Source: a virus
Lineage: Duplodnaviria > Caudoviricetes
Direction: 5' to 3' (one strand)
Length of the DNA: 63,231 nt
Virus record (IMG/VR): IMGVR_UViG_3300018421_000024
Location: 1 to 63,231 of that record
Part shown: piece after piece, positions 55,032 through 63,231 of the stretch
Layout: every line of letters begins with the position of its first letter
Position numbering within the stretch: position 1 is the first letter of the stretch
Translations under genes and position numbers: made by a program
Notes under the pieces: model-generated
Told to the model about the DNA's origin: nothing
Databases searched by the model: none
Seen by the model: the letters and a program-made list of their open reading frames with translations, nothing else

Positions 55032-55674
55032 CGTTTTGTTGTTCTCTGATTTCGTTGTAATCTGTACCCATTGCATGTCCGCGATAAGGACCTGTTTCTT
55101 CTGTTCCATCGGATGATGTGTTTCTAACACATTCTCGTTGACGTTTTATATCTATGTGGTTCACATAAAATTCATCGTCAGCATCAACATAATGAAAAAA
55201 TGTCTGTATAAATTTTTCACCTTTAAATGGTTTTGGCCTGCCGTGCATTTCATGGGTACCATTATAAATTAAACCGTCCCCCGGTTCAAGTTCTACGGAC
55301 TCTGTTTGAACCAATCTACTCTCATGATTATATTGATAAATGTTTATTGGCCAATCATGGTCTTTAAAGAAATTTACTGTCACAGATATCTGACACGAAG
55401 CACGATCAATATGCGGAACCATAAAACTGCCGTTGCTGTACTGTGTTGTGAACCAATATGTCGGTAGAAGATTGACATTGAGTTCTTTTTCAATTTTTTC
55501 TTGTATGTCTTTATGTAAATGCTCAAGACAGTTCGCCTTAGTTACCATTCTGATATGACCTCTGTTCTCATTCCAGCGAGCACCTGTCGTCAATTCTTTA
55601 ATTTCTTCTTCCAGAGGATCTAACAACGATTCGATTACATCCTTGTCAATCAGATTTTTTATCAGTCTTGTCAT
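55024..55674 (-). CDS. 2OG-Fe(II) oxygenase-like protein
   Basis: PHIDR..C.IS (HxD); PGD.LIY.G...HGR; Q.F.HYV. Confidence 0.8.
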   Translation of the reverse strand: MTRLIKNLIDKDVIESLLDPLEEEIKELTTGARWNENRGHIRMVTKANCLEHLHKDIQEKIEKELNVNLLPTYWFTTQYSNGSFMVPHIDRASCQISVTVNFFKDHDWPINIYQYNHESRLVQTESVELEPGDGLIYNGTHEMHGRPKPFKGEKFIQTFFHYVDADDEFYVNHIDIKRQRECVRNTSSDGTEETGPYRGHAMGTDYNEIREQQNDE

Positions 55675-56104
55675 TTCTACTCCGTTTGTCGAGTTCAGTT
55701 TGTGTTATGCGCTCTCTAAGTTCGGTCGTAGAAAACGAATGCTTTCGGCTATTGTAGAAGAAACTGATACCTCTTTCTTCACATATATCTTTGCCTGTGA
55801 ATTTCATATTTTTATACTCTTCACCTAATATTCTAACATTGATTGGCAAAAGAATCAATAGATCAATCAAGTCTTTTTCAGTTTCGTAAACCTGTATCTC
55901 ATCAACATACTTCACAGCCTCTAATTGTATGTAACGTTCGACAAGAGTCTGTATTGGTTTATTCTTACTATTAGGTCGATCAATTGTTGGATCAGTCTGC
56001 AACCCACATATTAAGTAGTCACATTGTTTACGTGCTTCTTTCAACATTTCAATGTGACCAGCGTGTAGTAAATCAAATGTCGAACAAGTAAATCCGACTC
56101 TCAT
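55646..56104 (-). CDS. tagD: Glycerol-3-phosphate cytidylyltransferase-like
   Basis: FDLLHAGH (HxGH); R.H.FSTT. Confidence 0.85.
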   Translation of the reverse strand: MRVGFTCSTFDLLHAGHIEMLKEARKQCDYLICGLQTDPTIDRPNSKNKPIQTLVERYIQLEAVKYVDEIQVYETEKDLIDLLILLPINVRILGEEYKNMKFTGKDICEERGISFFYNSRKHSFSTTELRERITQTELDKRSRNDKTDKKSD

Positions 56105-56115
56105 ATTGTCTCCTT

Positions 56116-56337
56116 CTACTCGTATGTAGTGTATTTCAGAAGTTCGTCACACGCCTGAACCATTTCTTTTGATGAAACATATTTCTCTACCAGTTCCTCA
56201 ACAGTTGATACGAGGTCGCCATGTTCGCCAATACCAACAGGACTATTATAAACTTCAAGATTAGTTTTACATGCTTTCATATGCGCCAGATGCTTATCAC
56301 GCACGGCTGCTAAGAACATATCTTTATTCGCACTCAT
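56116..56337 (-). CDS. Hypothetical protein
   Basis: N..VY..PVGIGEH.D motif. Confidence 0.75.
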   Translation of the reverse strand: MSANKDMFLAAVRDKHLAHMKACKTNLEVYNSPVGIGEHGDLVSTVEELVEKYVSSKEMVQACDELLKYTTYE

Positions 56338-56534
56338 TTAGTTTTCTCCTCACTTATATCGGTAATTTCAATTATTGTATCTTTAATTATGTCTTCTCGT
56401 TTGCCGTTTTCCATGAACAAAAGATATCTATCAGAGAGAGGATTATTCAGAACCGGCGGTAGCGTGCCTTCACGCACAATTTTTTTACCTGTCTTCCAAT
56501 GTTTGAAGACTATTCTCACTTTTTTATCTGACAT
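56334..56534 (-). CDS. Hypothetical protein
   Basis: Start MSDKK just after helicase stop. Confidence 0.6.
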   Translation of the reverse strand: MSDKKVRIVFKHWKTGKKIVREGTLPPVLNNPLSDRYLLFMENGKREDIIKDTIIEITDISEEKTK

Positions 56535-56535
56535 T

Positions 56536-57927
56536 TTACTTCCAACTTTCAAAAATTTGTTTATCCCATTTCTCCTTCTTGAGGCCAGCACCGAAGTCTG
56601 TATTGTCCATCACAGGCACATCAGCAATGTCTTTACCAATGTTGTCTTGTGCTGACTGTTCTACATCATACAGTTTCATTCTAGATCGATCAACACCAAC
56701 AACAAAACGGCGGTGCAATGCAGGATCACCATAACGATTCTTCAGTTGTTTGATCATCAGTTGTCCGAGTCCTTCAAGTTCTTCTGTTGAGATTGCTGCG
56801 AACATGAAGTCTGCTGTTGCGGGTAGACCAAACGATTCGGAGGTGTCTTCAAGTCCAACATCAGACGAAGTGTATCCAGTTCTGTTCGTTTGTGTTGCGG
56901 TAAAAATGGGCAAATTGAATTCAACTGCCAGACCTCTCAATTCTTCTGCAATGGACTTAATATATGTATACGAGTTCACATTCGCACCCATTCGCATACG
57001 GGATGACATGCAGAGGTTGAGGTAGTCAATATAGATTACATCAGGCACAAAGTTTTTCTTCTGCTTCAGTTCATTGAGTAGATGGCGGAAGTGTCCAGAA
57101 CCAACAGAGCCAGTAGGGTATTCTTTGATGATAAGTTTACCATCGGTCTTCTGACGCAATCGATCAATCTTGGTCTGATAGGTTTCTTTTGGATATATCT
57201 CTAGATCAGCAAGAGGCAGATTCATTAGATTCGCATCAATACGTTCCGCAATCTTCTCAGCGGCCATCTCTAGTGTTATATACAACACATTTTTGCCACG
57301 CATGAGGTTTGAACCGGCGAAGTCGCACATGATCAAAGTTTTACCAACACCGGTGCCAGCAAGACAGACATTCAGTGTTTTACGAGGCACACCGCCACGA
57401 GTGATTGTGTTGAAGTACTTCAGATCAAATTCAAGGCGTTCAATTTTCTTGTGATAAAAATCATATCGTGCTTCATAGTCTTCAAGAAAGTCATGGCCAA
57501 TGTTGTTGTCAAAACAAACACCGAGTGCATCTTGCAAGAGTTGCGGCAATGCGCCTTTGTCTTTATCAGATTTCTTATCGATGATCTGAATTGACTCCAT
57601 GATTGCGTTGTAGATTGCTTTGTCTTGACAGAATTTCTCGGTGTTCTCCATCAACCATTCGATATCAAAATCGGTAGGTTCAATTTGCGATAACGTTTCA
57701 ATAGAAGAGTCGTAGTCTGATTGTTGAATCGTCATGTTATCCAATTCAATCTTCAGTGCAGACTTACTAGGAACATTATTATATTTAACAAAAAAATCTT
57801 TAATCATGTTGAACAGTATGCGGTGACGTTTCTCTGTAAAGTACTCATCTTTCAGATAAGGTAAAACATTCCGTACATACTGTTCATCACTGATCAGATT
57901 GGAAAGAATTATATCTTCAATATGCAT
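56536..57927 (-). CDS. gp41: Replicative helicase gp41
   Basis: AGTGVGKT; ITLEM; KEYPT; IDYLN; AEELRG; SESFGLPATAD; QLKNRY. Confidence 0.97.
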   Translation of the reverse strand: MHIEDIILSNLISDEQYVRNVLPYLKDEYFTEKRHRILFNMIKDFFVKYNNVPSKSALKIELDNMTIQQSDYDSSIETLSQIEPTDFDIEWLMENTEKFCQDKAIYNAIMESIQIIDKKSDKDKGALPQLLQDALGVCFDNNIGHDFLEDYEARYDFYHKKIERLEFDLKYFNTITRGGVPRKTLNVCLAGTGVGKTLIMCDFAGSNLMRGKNVLYITLEMAAEKIAERIDANLMNLPLADLEIYPKETYQTKIDRLRQKTDGKLIIKEYPTGSVGSGHFRHLLNELKQKKNFVPDVIYIDYLNLCMSSRMRMGANVNSYTYIKSIAEELRGLAVEFNLPIFTATQTNRTGYTSSDVGLEDTSESFGLPATADFMFAAISTEELEGLGQLMIKQLKNRYGDPALHRRFVVGVDRSRMKLYDVEQSAQDNIGKDIADVPVMDNTDFGAGLKKEKWDKQIFESWK

Positions 57928-57964
57928 TTATCAATTCTCTGTTGTTTTTGGTGTCAGTGTTACG

Positions 57965-57994
57965 ATTATAACATCTATCAAGATCATAAGTCAA
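57965..57994 (-). promoter_or_regulatory. sigma70-type promoter for gp41
   Basis: TTGACT-18-TATAAT with TG extension. Confidence 0.65.
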
Positions 57995-57995
57995 A

Positions 57996-59348
57996 TTAAT
58001 CCTTATTGTTTAAAAGATAGTAGTTCAAATCTTCCGGCGTTCCAAGCCCCCACATCTTTTGACACTCATAAATTCTTATCTTTTTATTATCCTCTATTGC
58101 TTGATTGTACACAGGTGCAACATAGAATTCGTTGTTCACCCTAATGTTTCGTTCGATCATTTGTTCTGCGTACTTAACAAAATCACTGCCAGATTTCCAA
58201 TAATAATATCCTGCTGTTGCGTTATCACTGATCGGTTTCTTTTCAGCAACCTCAGTAACAAGATTGGTGTTTGGATCAACCTTTGCGAATGACCATTTTG
58301 GATGAGTATCTTTAAATGTCACGATACCACCGTCTGCATTTGATTCTTGCATTGTATACATGAACTCGGTGGGATTCCATTCAATGTATTGATCACTGTT
58401 CACAAACAACAAAGGTTTGTCATTGTCAATGTGTTGTTTTGCAAGCAATGCTGTACATGCAGCGCCTTCTGTCAGATGATCGACATCGACAATGGTGCAT
58501 CCGTCAATAATTAGATTCAACACCATATCAAGATTATATTTTTCTCTGTGTTCTTTCCGTACAACGAAAACAAAATTAGCATCAATACCCATCTTTTCAA
58601 CAACGAGTTGAATCATGGGTTTGCCGTTCACGTTGATCAGTGGTTTGGGAAATGTATAACCTGCATCTGCAAAACGCGAACCTTCGCCAGCCATTGGAAT
58701 GAGAACAGTCAGGTTATCGTCTTTCCATTTAGTCATAAAGTTTTCTCCAGTAATTCTTGGTAATATATTCTCACATGTTACTTCTGATGGACTCGACACA
58801 CGAATAACATTAGGGCAGGCTCGTTTCGCTGCAAGTAATCCATGCGGTGAATCTTCGATGATTACTGTTTGTTCTGGCAATGCATTCAGTACTGTCATTG
58901 CCATCCAGTATGTCTCTGGATGCGGTTTGTTATTCTTTACTTGGTCGCCTGATATTTTAATTGAAAAATAATTTGTTATATTCAGTTGATCTAATGCAGT
59001 AGTCATTAGTTCATAATTACTATTCGTACAGCAACCTAATGTATATCCGCGTTCAGTCAATTCATCTAGTAACTTAGTCAAATCTTCATTAGGATTTATT
59101 CTTGTTTTATATTGTTCAATTGTATGTATTTGTTTCTCATCATAGATTCTTTGATGATCACTGATTGGAAGATTTTTTGTCTCGGATAATAGTTGTAATT
59201 TTCTCCGTGTTTTCATTCCATTATAGATTCTCAGATGTTCTTCTTCTGAAATAGAATACTCGCCAAGAGCCTTATTTAAGGCATCATAATGAATCCATTT
59301 AGTATCACATAGAACGCCGTCAAGATCGAACAATACAGTTTTAATCAT
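57996..59348 (-). CDS. HAD phosphatase fused to sugar nucleotidyltransferase
   Basis: FDLDGVL, KPHP, IEDS; second domain PMAGEGSRF..AGY..PKPLI, NNEFYVAP, GLGTPED. Confidence 0.92.
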   Translation of the reverse strand: MIKTVLFDLDGVLCDTKWIHYDALNKALGEYSISEEEHLRIYNGMKTRRKLQLLSETKNLPISDHQRIYDEKQIHTIEQYKTRINPNEDLTKLLDELTERGYTLGCCTNSNYELMTTALDQLNITNYFSIKISGDQVKNNKPHPETYWMAMTVLNALPEQTVIIEDSPHGLLAAKRACPNVIRVSSPSEVTCENILPRITGENFMTKWKDDNLTVLIPMAGEGSRFADAGYTFPKPLINVNGKPMIQLVVEKMGIDANFVFVVRKEHREKYNLDMVLNLIIDGCTIVDVDHLTEGAACTALLAKQHIDNDKPLLFVNSDQYIEWNPTEFMYTMQESNADGGIVTFKDTHPKWSFAKVDPNTNLVTEVAEKKPISDNATAGYYYWKSGSDFVKYAEQMIERNIRVNNEFYVAPVYNQAIEDNKKIRIYECQKMWGLGTPEDLNYYLLNNKD

Positions 59349-59349
59349 A

Positions 59350-59805
59350 TCACAACTTCATATAATCAGAACAGATAGCATAATACTCGGACAAATTTTC
59401 TTGTCGCTCGACTAATTCAGGCATAACACAGACTGATTTCAAGGGTTTGGGAACAAACTTACCAGGGTATGCCCAAATGAAATTTTTAGATGTTACTGTA
59501 TATGAATCATCTTGATGCCAGAAATAATTTAAATCTTCACTCCAAGGATGTTGTTGAAGATAACAAAGTGCTTCAACATTTTTACAATGAATCCATAGGT
59601 AATTACTTCTCATGTGAATCCAACCGGAAGTAATTTCATATTGTGGTTCATCATGACCAAGCCATAACCGTTCGTCTATTAATCTTAAATCAATTTCAAC
59701 ATCATAATTCAGGTCGATACAATGTTGAATCTGTTCTGGATGATTTTCCAGTTCTGGATTCGGACCGTTGGTATTACCTCGGTGCAATATAATTTTCTGA
59801 CTCAT
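59350..59805 (-). CDS. Glycerophosphodiester phosphodiesterase-like protein
   Basis: HRGN..EN; DVEID; LGHD; WIHCKN; ICSD. Confidence 0.8.
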   Translation of the reverse strand: MSQKIILHRGNTNGPNPELENHPEQIQHCIDLNYDVEIDLRLIDERLWLGHDEPQYEITSGWIHMRSNYLWIHCKNVEALCYLQQHPWSEDLNYFWHQDDSYTVTSKNFIWAYPGKFVPKPLKSVCVMPELVERQENLSEYYAICSDYMKL

Positions 59806-60518
59806 AGACGATACTCCGCTGGATTAGGAGGCAATACATTGTACACAACAGCATGCCTGTAGTGGTGCAGTTCTAGTTTTTTGGGGCGACCGAACCCTAC
59901 CCAAATTTCATGATCATGTCTTGGTGTTAAACTAATCGAATATTGTTTTTGAAATCCAATCAAATGGGGATCGGTCATTCTAGGCAATTTCTTTATATAA
60001 TCACTAGTCGTCCACCATATCGATCCACTCCAGTGTCCGTGTTCGTGTTCGATATTCCAATGCCAGTTCGCACCAGACATCTCATAACCATCGACAAGTG
60101 CCTGATAACACAATTTCCATTTCTCTACGAACCAGTAATGAATGTATTCCGTCCATCCATTATTGATGTGAGAATAGTCGCTGTTGATATGTGTAATACC
60201 TTTATTGTTGAAATGAAAGATAGCAATGTTCTCTTGCATATGTTGACAATCTTCCCAAATCTTGATGCAACTATAAGCAGCAGAACAACCTCCAGTTTCT
60301 TTTACAGGATTCTCCCAGAATTCTATATCACAACTAAAGTTCTGTGCATTCAATTCTTTCTCTATTGTAGACTTTCCTTCACTAGAGCCGTGATACAGAA
60401 AAATTATTTTTTCGCAGGCGTTAGTCAGTAAGTGTTTTTCAAGAAGATTTGTTCTTTCAATTGTGATAGGAATCCAATTAGGTTCTTCTCTCAGATGGTA
60501 GTAGATTACGATTTTCAT
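59802..60518 (-). CDS. Hypothetical protein, possible glycosyltransferase
   Basis: IFH.NNKG.TH; W...; HWSG..WW; E.W pattern; in sugar cluster. Confidence 0.55.
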   Translation of the reverse strand: MKIVIYYHLREEPNWIPITIERTNLLEKHLLTNACEKIIFLYHGSSEGKSTIEKELNAQNFSCDIEFWENPVKETGGCSAAYSCIKIWEDCQHMQENIAIFHFNNKGITHINSDYSHINNGWTEYIHYWFVEKWKLCYQALVDGYEMSGANWHWNIEHEHGHWSGSIWWTTSDYIKKLPRMTDPHLIGFQKQYSISLTPRHDHEIWVGFGRPKKLELHHYRHAVVYNVLPPNPAEYRL

Positions 60519-60534
60519 AATACGATTATATCAT

Positions 60535-61254
60535 TTAACTAGAGTGTAAGTCAAACACAGAAGAGATAACCTTTGCACATTCTTTCGCAATGGCCATGTG
60601 TTCTTTCTGTGTACCATTCTCTTTACGCAGTTCTATGTAGTGTATCCATGATCGAAGTGTTCCATTGACGTACATCCTAGATTTTGTATTGCCTTCAGGC
60701 AGAACGACACGAGCCTGTTCTTTTGCAATACCATTTGCAATCGCCCATTTGTATGCTTTACTGGCAATGTTCATGACTTCAGATTGTTTTTCGTACCATT
60801 CACGTGCAAGGTGTTCTTCTTTTGTAGCAACACTGCCTTCACCGCCTTTACCGTAGTCTTCTAGATTCAGTTCAATAGAGTTTTGTCTATTCTTGGGGTC
60901 TTGCAATCGTACTTCGCGATGTTCGAACATGGCACCCATTTCCCCAACCTCTGCGTAACGTTGAGAAAATTCTTGAAAAGAAAAACTGCGATGACGTAGA
61001 ATCTGCCGAGCAATGTCACGTGTTGTTTCAATCTCCAGACATAATGACACCATCTCAAACGGCGACCAGTGTTTATGGTCCATCAGATACTTTAATAGTT
61101 TGGCATTCGTCTCTGTATTCATCTGATTCGATGGATTACTCACGCGAGCACAGAACGCCACCAGATTTTCGATGTCCTTCTTCTGTTGTTGATTAGATGT
61201 GACAGGTAAGATATTACTTGCCGGCTTACTGTGACTAATCATTTTTACTTTCAT
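60535..61254 (-). CDS. thyX: Flavin-dependent thymidylate synthase
   Basis: H.SPFE; RHRSFSFQEFSQRY; AR.VLP; TQKEH. Confidence 0.96.
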   Translation of the reverse strand: MKVKMISHSKPASNILPVTSNQQQKKDIENLVAFCARVSNPSNQMNTETNAKLLKYLMDHKHWSPFEMVSLCLEIETTRDIARQILRHRSFSFQEFSQRYAEVGEMGAMFEHREVRLQDPKNRQNSIELNLEDYGKGGEGSVATKEEHLAREWYEKQSEVMNIASKAYKWAIANGIAKEQARVVLPEGNTKSRMYVNGTLRSWIHYIELRKENGTQKEHMAIAKECAKVISSVFDLHSS

Positions 61255-61276
61255 AATAATCCTTCTAAAGTTGATT

Positions 61277-61297
61277 AAAAAGGGACCGAAGTCCCTT
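61277..61297 (-). terminator. Intrinsic terminator with UUCG loop
   Basis: AAGGGAC-TTCG-GTCCCTT-TT. Confidence 0.85.
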
Positions 61298-61300
61298 CTT

Positions 61301-62548
61301 TTATGCTACGTTGGAGAGAAGTGTTCTAACTTCACCTTTCAATAACTTATCAGTTCTCAAAAGAATCTCGTTACATGATGCACAATCTAAATTAAATCCA
61401 TTTCTGGAGTTTCGAATCGCTTCTTTCCAGTAAGTTACGATATCAGGCCAAAAAGTCTTCACGTAGATATACGCATAGTTTTTAACACTTCCGCTTTGAG
61501 TTAACTCGCAGAGACCAAACACTGGGTTAGAAACTTTATTCTTTCTCCATGAAGGTATTCTGTTTTTATCTTCAAACCAATCACAAAAGAACCTGTCCAA
61601 CTCTTCTTTACTGAATAGGGGACGACCAATTTCATCCTTTTTACCAAACTCAGTTAAACAATAATACATCTGTGAAAAACAGTGCAGTGCAGTAGAGGAA
61701 ATAAATTGTTCACCTGTTATCTTTGAAACTTTCTTAATGGTTTTAAATGCATTAATAACGTTTACTTCACCATATTGTTTAAAAATGCCGTTGCCCTCAC
61801 CACTGGTCAAACCTGTCAAACTAGTCAAACTAATCCAATCATCACAACCTTCAACCTTCATCTGTTGCATGATTCCTTTATAATTAATTTGATTATCCTT
61901 TAAAAAACGATAAGCTTTCATTTGATCAGGATCAAGCGCACACACTCCTGATTTGAACTTGTCTGCTTCGGTTTGTCCTTTCTGTTCTTGTGCATCGATA
62001 TAATGACCCATAGATTCGATCTGTTTCATTTCTTCGTAAGAGCGATCAATCGGATGAAATTTCACAGTCATTTTAATTTCTGTATCGTCTCCTTTGGTAA
62101 CCAACAAAGCCATGTTCACACGGTGGTTGCCTCTGTGTTTTACAACAATGAACGTTTTTGTTTGTTTGTCGTATCGAATGTAAGCCGCAGGGTTTCCCGC
62201 CGCCTCAGAATTAAAACCCACAGTTTTTCCATTCACCTGTTTGTTGAGATGATCGAAACAAACCTTGATGCCATTTGGTTTGAAACAATCGATGGTTCTA
62301 TCATACTCTGTTGAAGAAAATATGTACGAAGTTGGGACTCGTACTTCATATGAAAGGGTCGGATCAATATCCGATAGGTCGAGCGACTCAAACAAATCGT
62401 TGATGTGTTGAATGTTCGAATAGTTTCTGTCATCGTTCCAAGAAGGAAGTGACTTCAATTTTTCTCTTTTATCAAAGAAATATTGATGAAACAAATCGAA
62501 GTTGTTTACTAAATCTGAAAAGGTTGATTCTTTAGATAATTTTAACAT
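61301..62548 (-). CDS. Hypothetical protein with ParB/DGQHR-like GNHR motif
   Basis: YDR.., VVKHRGNHRV; SD AGGAG before MLKLSKE (ORF track extends to 62704). Confidence 0.65.
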   Translation of the reverse strand: MLKLSKESTFSDLVNNFDLFHQYFFDKREKLKSLPSWNDDRNYSNIQHINDLFESLDLSDIDPTLSYEVRVPTSYIFSSTEYDRTIDCFKPNGIKVCFDHLNKQVNGKTVGFNSEAAGNPAAYIRYDKQTKTFIVVKHRGNHRVNMALLVTKGDDTEIKMTVKFHPIDRSYEEMKQIESMGHYIDAQEQKGQTEADKFKSGVCALDPDQMKAYRFLKDNQINYKGIMQQMKVEGCDDWISLTSLTGLTSGEGNGIFKQYGEVNVINAFKTIKKVSKITGEQFISSTALHCFSQMYYCLTEFGKKDEIGRPLFSKEELDRFFCDWFEDKNRIPSWRKNKVSNPVFGLCELTQSGSVKNYAYIYVKTFWPDIVTYWKEAIRNSRNGFNLDCASCNEILLRTDKLLKGEVRTLLSNVA

Positions 62549-62618
62549 GTTAAATCTCCTATCATGTTTGATATATGGATGTGAGTATGCACTATTGTGC
62601 CTCTTCCTACTCACGGTT

Positions 62619-63231
62619 TTATCGAATAATGTCGATATCAGCCGCGTTGGTATTCCACGTTTCAACGACAGTTCTAAGTCGCCCCTCGGATTTAAGGGAC
62701 TCATAACGTCTGCTGGCCTTGTTGCGCCACCAATCGATTATGTTCTCTAGATGGAATCTATCAAAATTTTCTTTCTTTGTCAAGATGTCCGTCTTCATGT
62801 TTAGATAATCTGGCACATTGTCATAACCGTAGGTCGAGTAGAACGACCGTTTCTTCTCGGTTAGATCAAGTGCATTCTTAAAGATACCACAGAAATTGTT
62901 GTATTCGGTTTCACTATATTCCTTCAAAGATTTTTTAATGATAGAAACCATTTTTGTTTGCGTCTTCAGTTTACGGGATGTTGCACCAGAAGGTATAAGT
63001 GGTTCGCCGTCATTACGTTCAGTGAACCAGTCATTCAGTTTGTGAAAGTTGGTGTCATTGATCAACGGTGCAAAGTTCGAATCGGTCAGACCATTGAATC
63101 GCAGAAACGGTTTCATGCCGTCATACTGCGATGCAGCCTTAGTCGAACCATACAACGATGTCGTTTCGAACATACAGATGTTGGCATTGTACTTGGCATT
63201 TAGTTTCTCGCGAATTTCATGCGTACAACAA
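62619..63231 (-). CDS. Conserved T4-like protein, DUF4338-like (partial, 5' end outside window)
   Basis: Frame open to window end; FETTSLYG...SQYDG.KP. Confidence 0.7.
   Translation of the reverse strand, partial: CCTHEIREKLNAKYNANICMFETTSLYGSTKAASQYDGMKPFLRFNGLTDSNFAPLINDTNFHKLNDWFTERNDGEPLIPSGATSRKLKTQTKMVSIIKKSLKEYSETEYNNFCGIFKNALDLTEKKRSFYSTYGYDNVPDYLNMKTDILTKKENFDRFHLENIIDWWRNKASRRYESLKSEGRLRTVVETWNTNAADIDIIR

Noticed and set aside
91-63203. Numerous short antisense or nested ORFs in the track (e.g. 14298-14777, 15284-15958, 43690-44124, 59943-60431)
   Set aside because: They shadow well-supported genes on the other strand or frame and have no recognisable motifs
1-63231. CRISPR array, tRNA or rRNA genes, integrase or IS elements
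   Set aside because: No regularly spaced repeat-spacer units or cloverleaf-like intergenic segments noticed by eye; intergenic gaps are short and explained by promoters or terminators. A dedicated tRNA scan was not run.
1-63231. Stop-codon reassignment
   Set aside because: Conserved genes are full length under the standard code and end in TAA, TGA and TAG

Overview
A 63 kb segment of a large T4-like myovirus genome, probably aquatic and probably infecting a gammaproteobacterium (inferred from CRP-type boxes and a SutA-like peptide). It contains a baseplate/tail module (gp8 partial, gp7, gp6, gp25, gp5, gp53, gp48, gp4, gp2, gp54, gp26/gp51, tape measure). Replication and transcription genes include gp32, gp59, gp33, primase gp61 and helicase gp41. 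Nucleotide and auxiliary metabolism genes include nrdA, nrdB, glutaredoxin, dCMP deaminase, thyX and phoH. There is a spanin-like lysis cassette, two clusters of small early genes behind sigma70-like promoters, two glycan-modification clusters, and a block of late genes that look like head-packaged internal proteins. Highlights: (1) an apparent SD-stimulated -1 frameshift joining gp26 to a start-less gp51 just before the tape measure; (2) two duplicated promoters with a perfect CRP box centred at -41.5; (3) a 920-aa modular polyprotein and several enzymes carrying prohead-protease or capsid-targeting signatures, suggesting an injected enzyme payload; (4) a tandem RNA hairpin motif in the nucleotidyltransferase leader; (5) early proteins repeatedly ending in -AA through a shared stop/start junction. 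All calls come from motif recognition and synteny by eye; no database searches were run.
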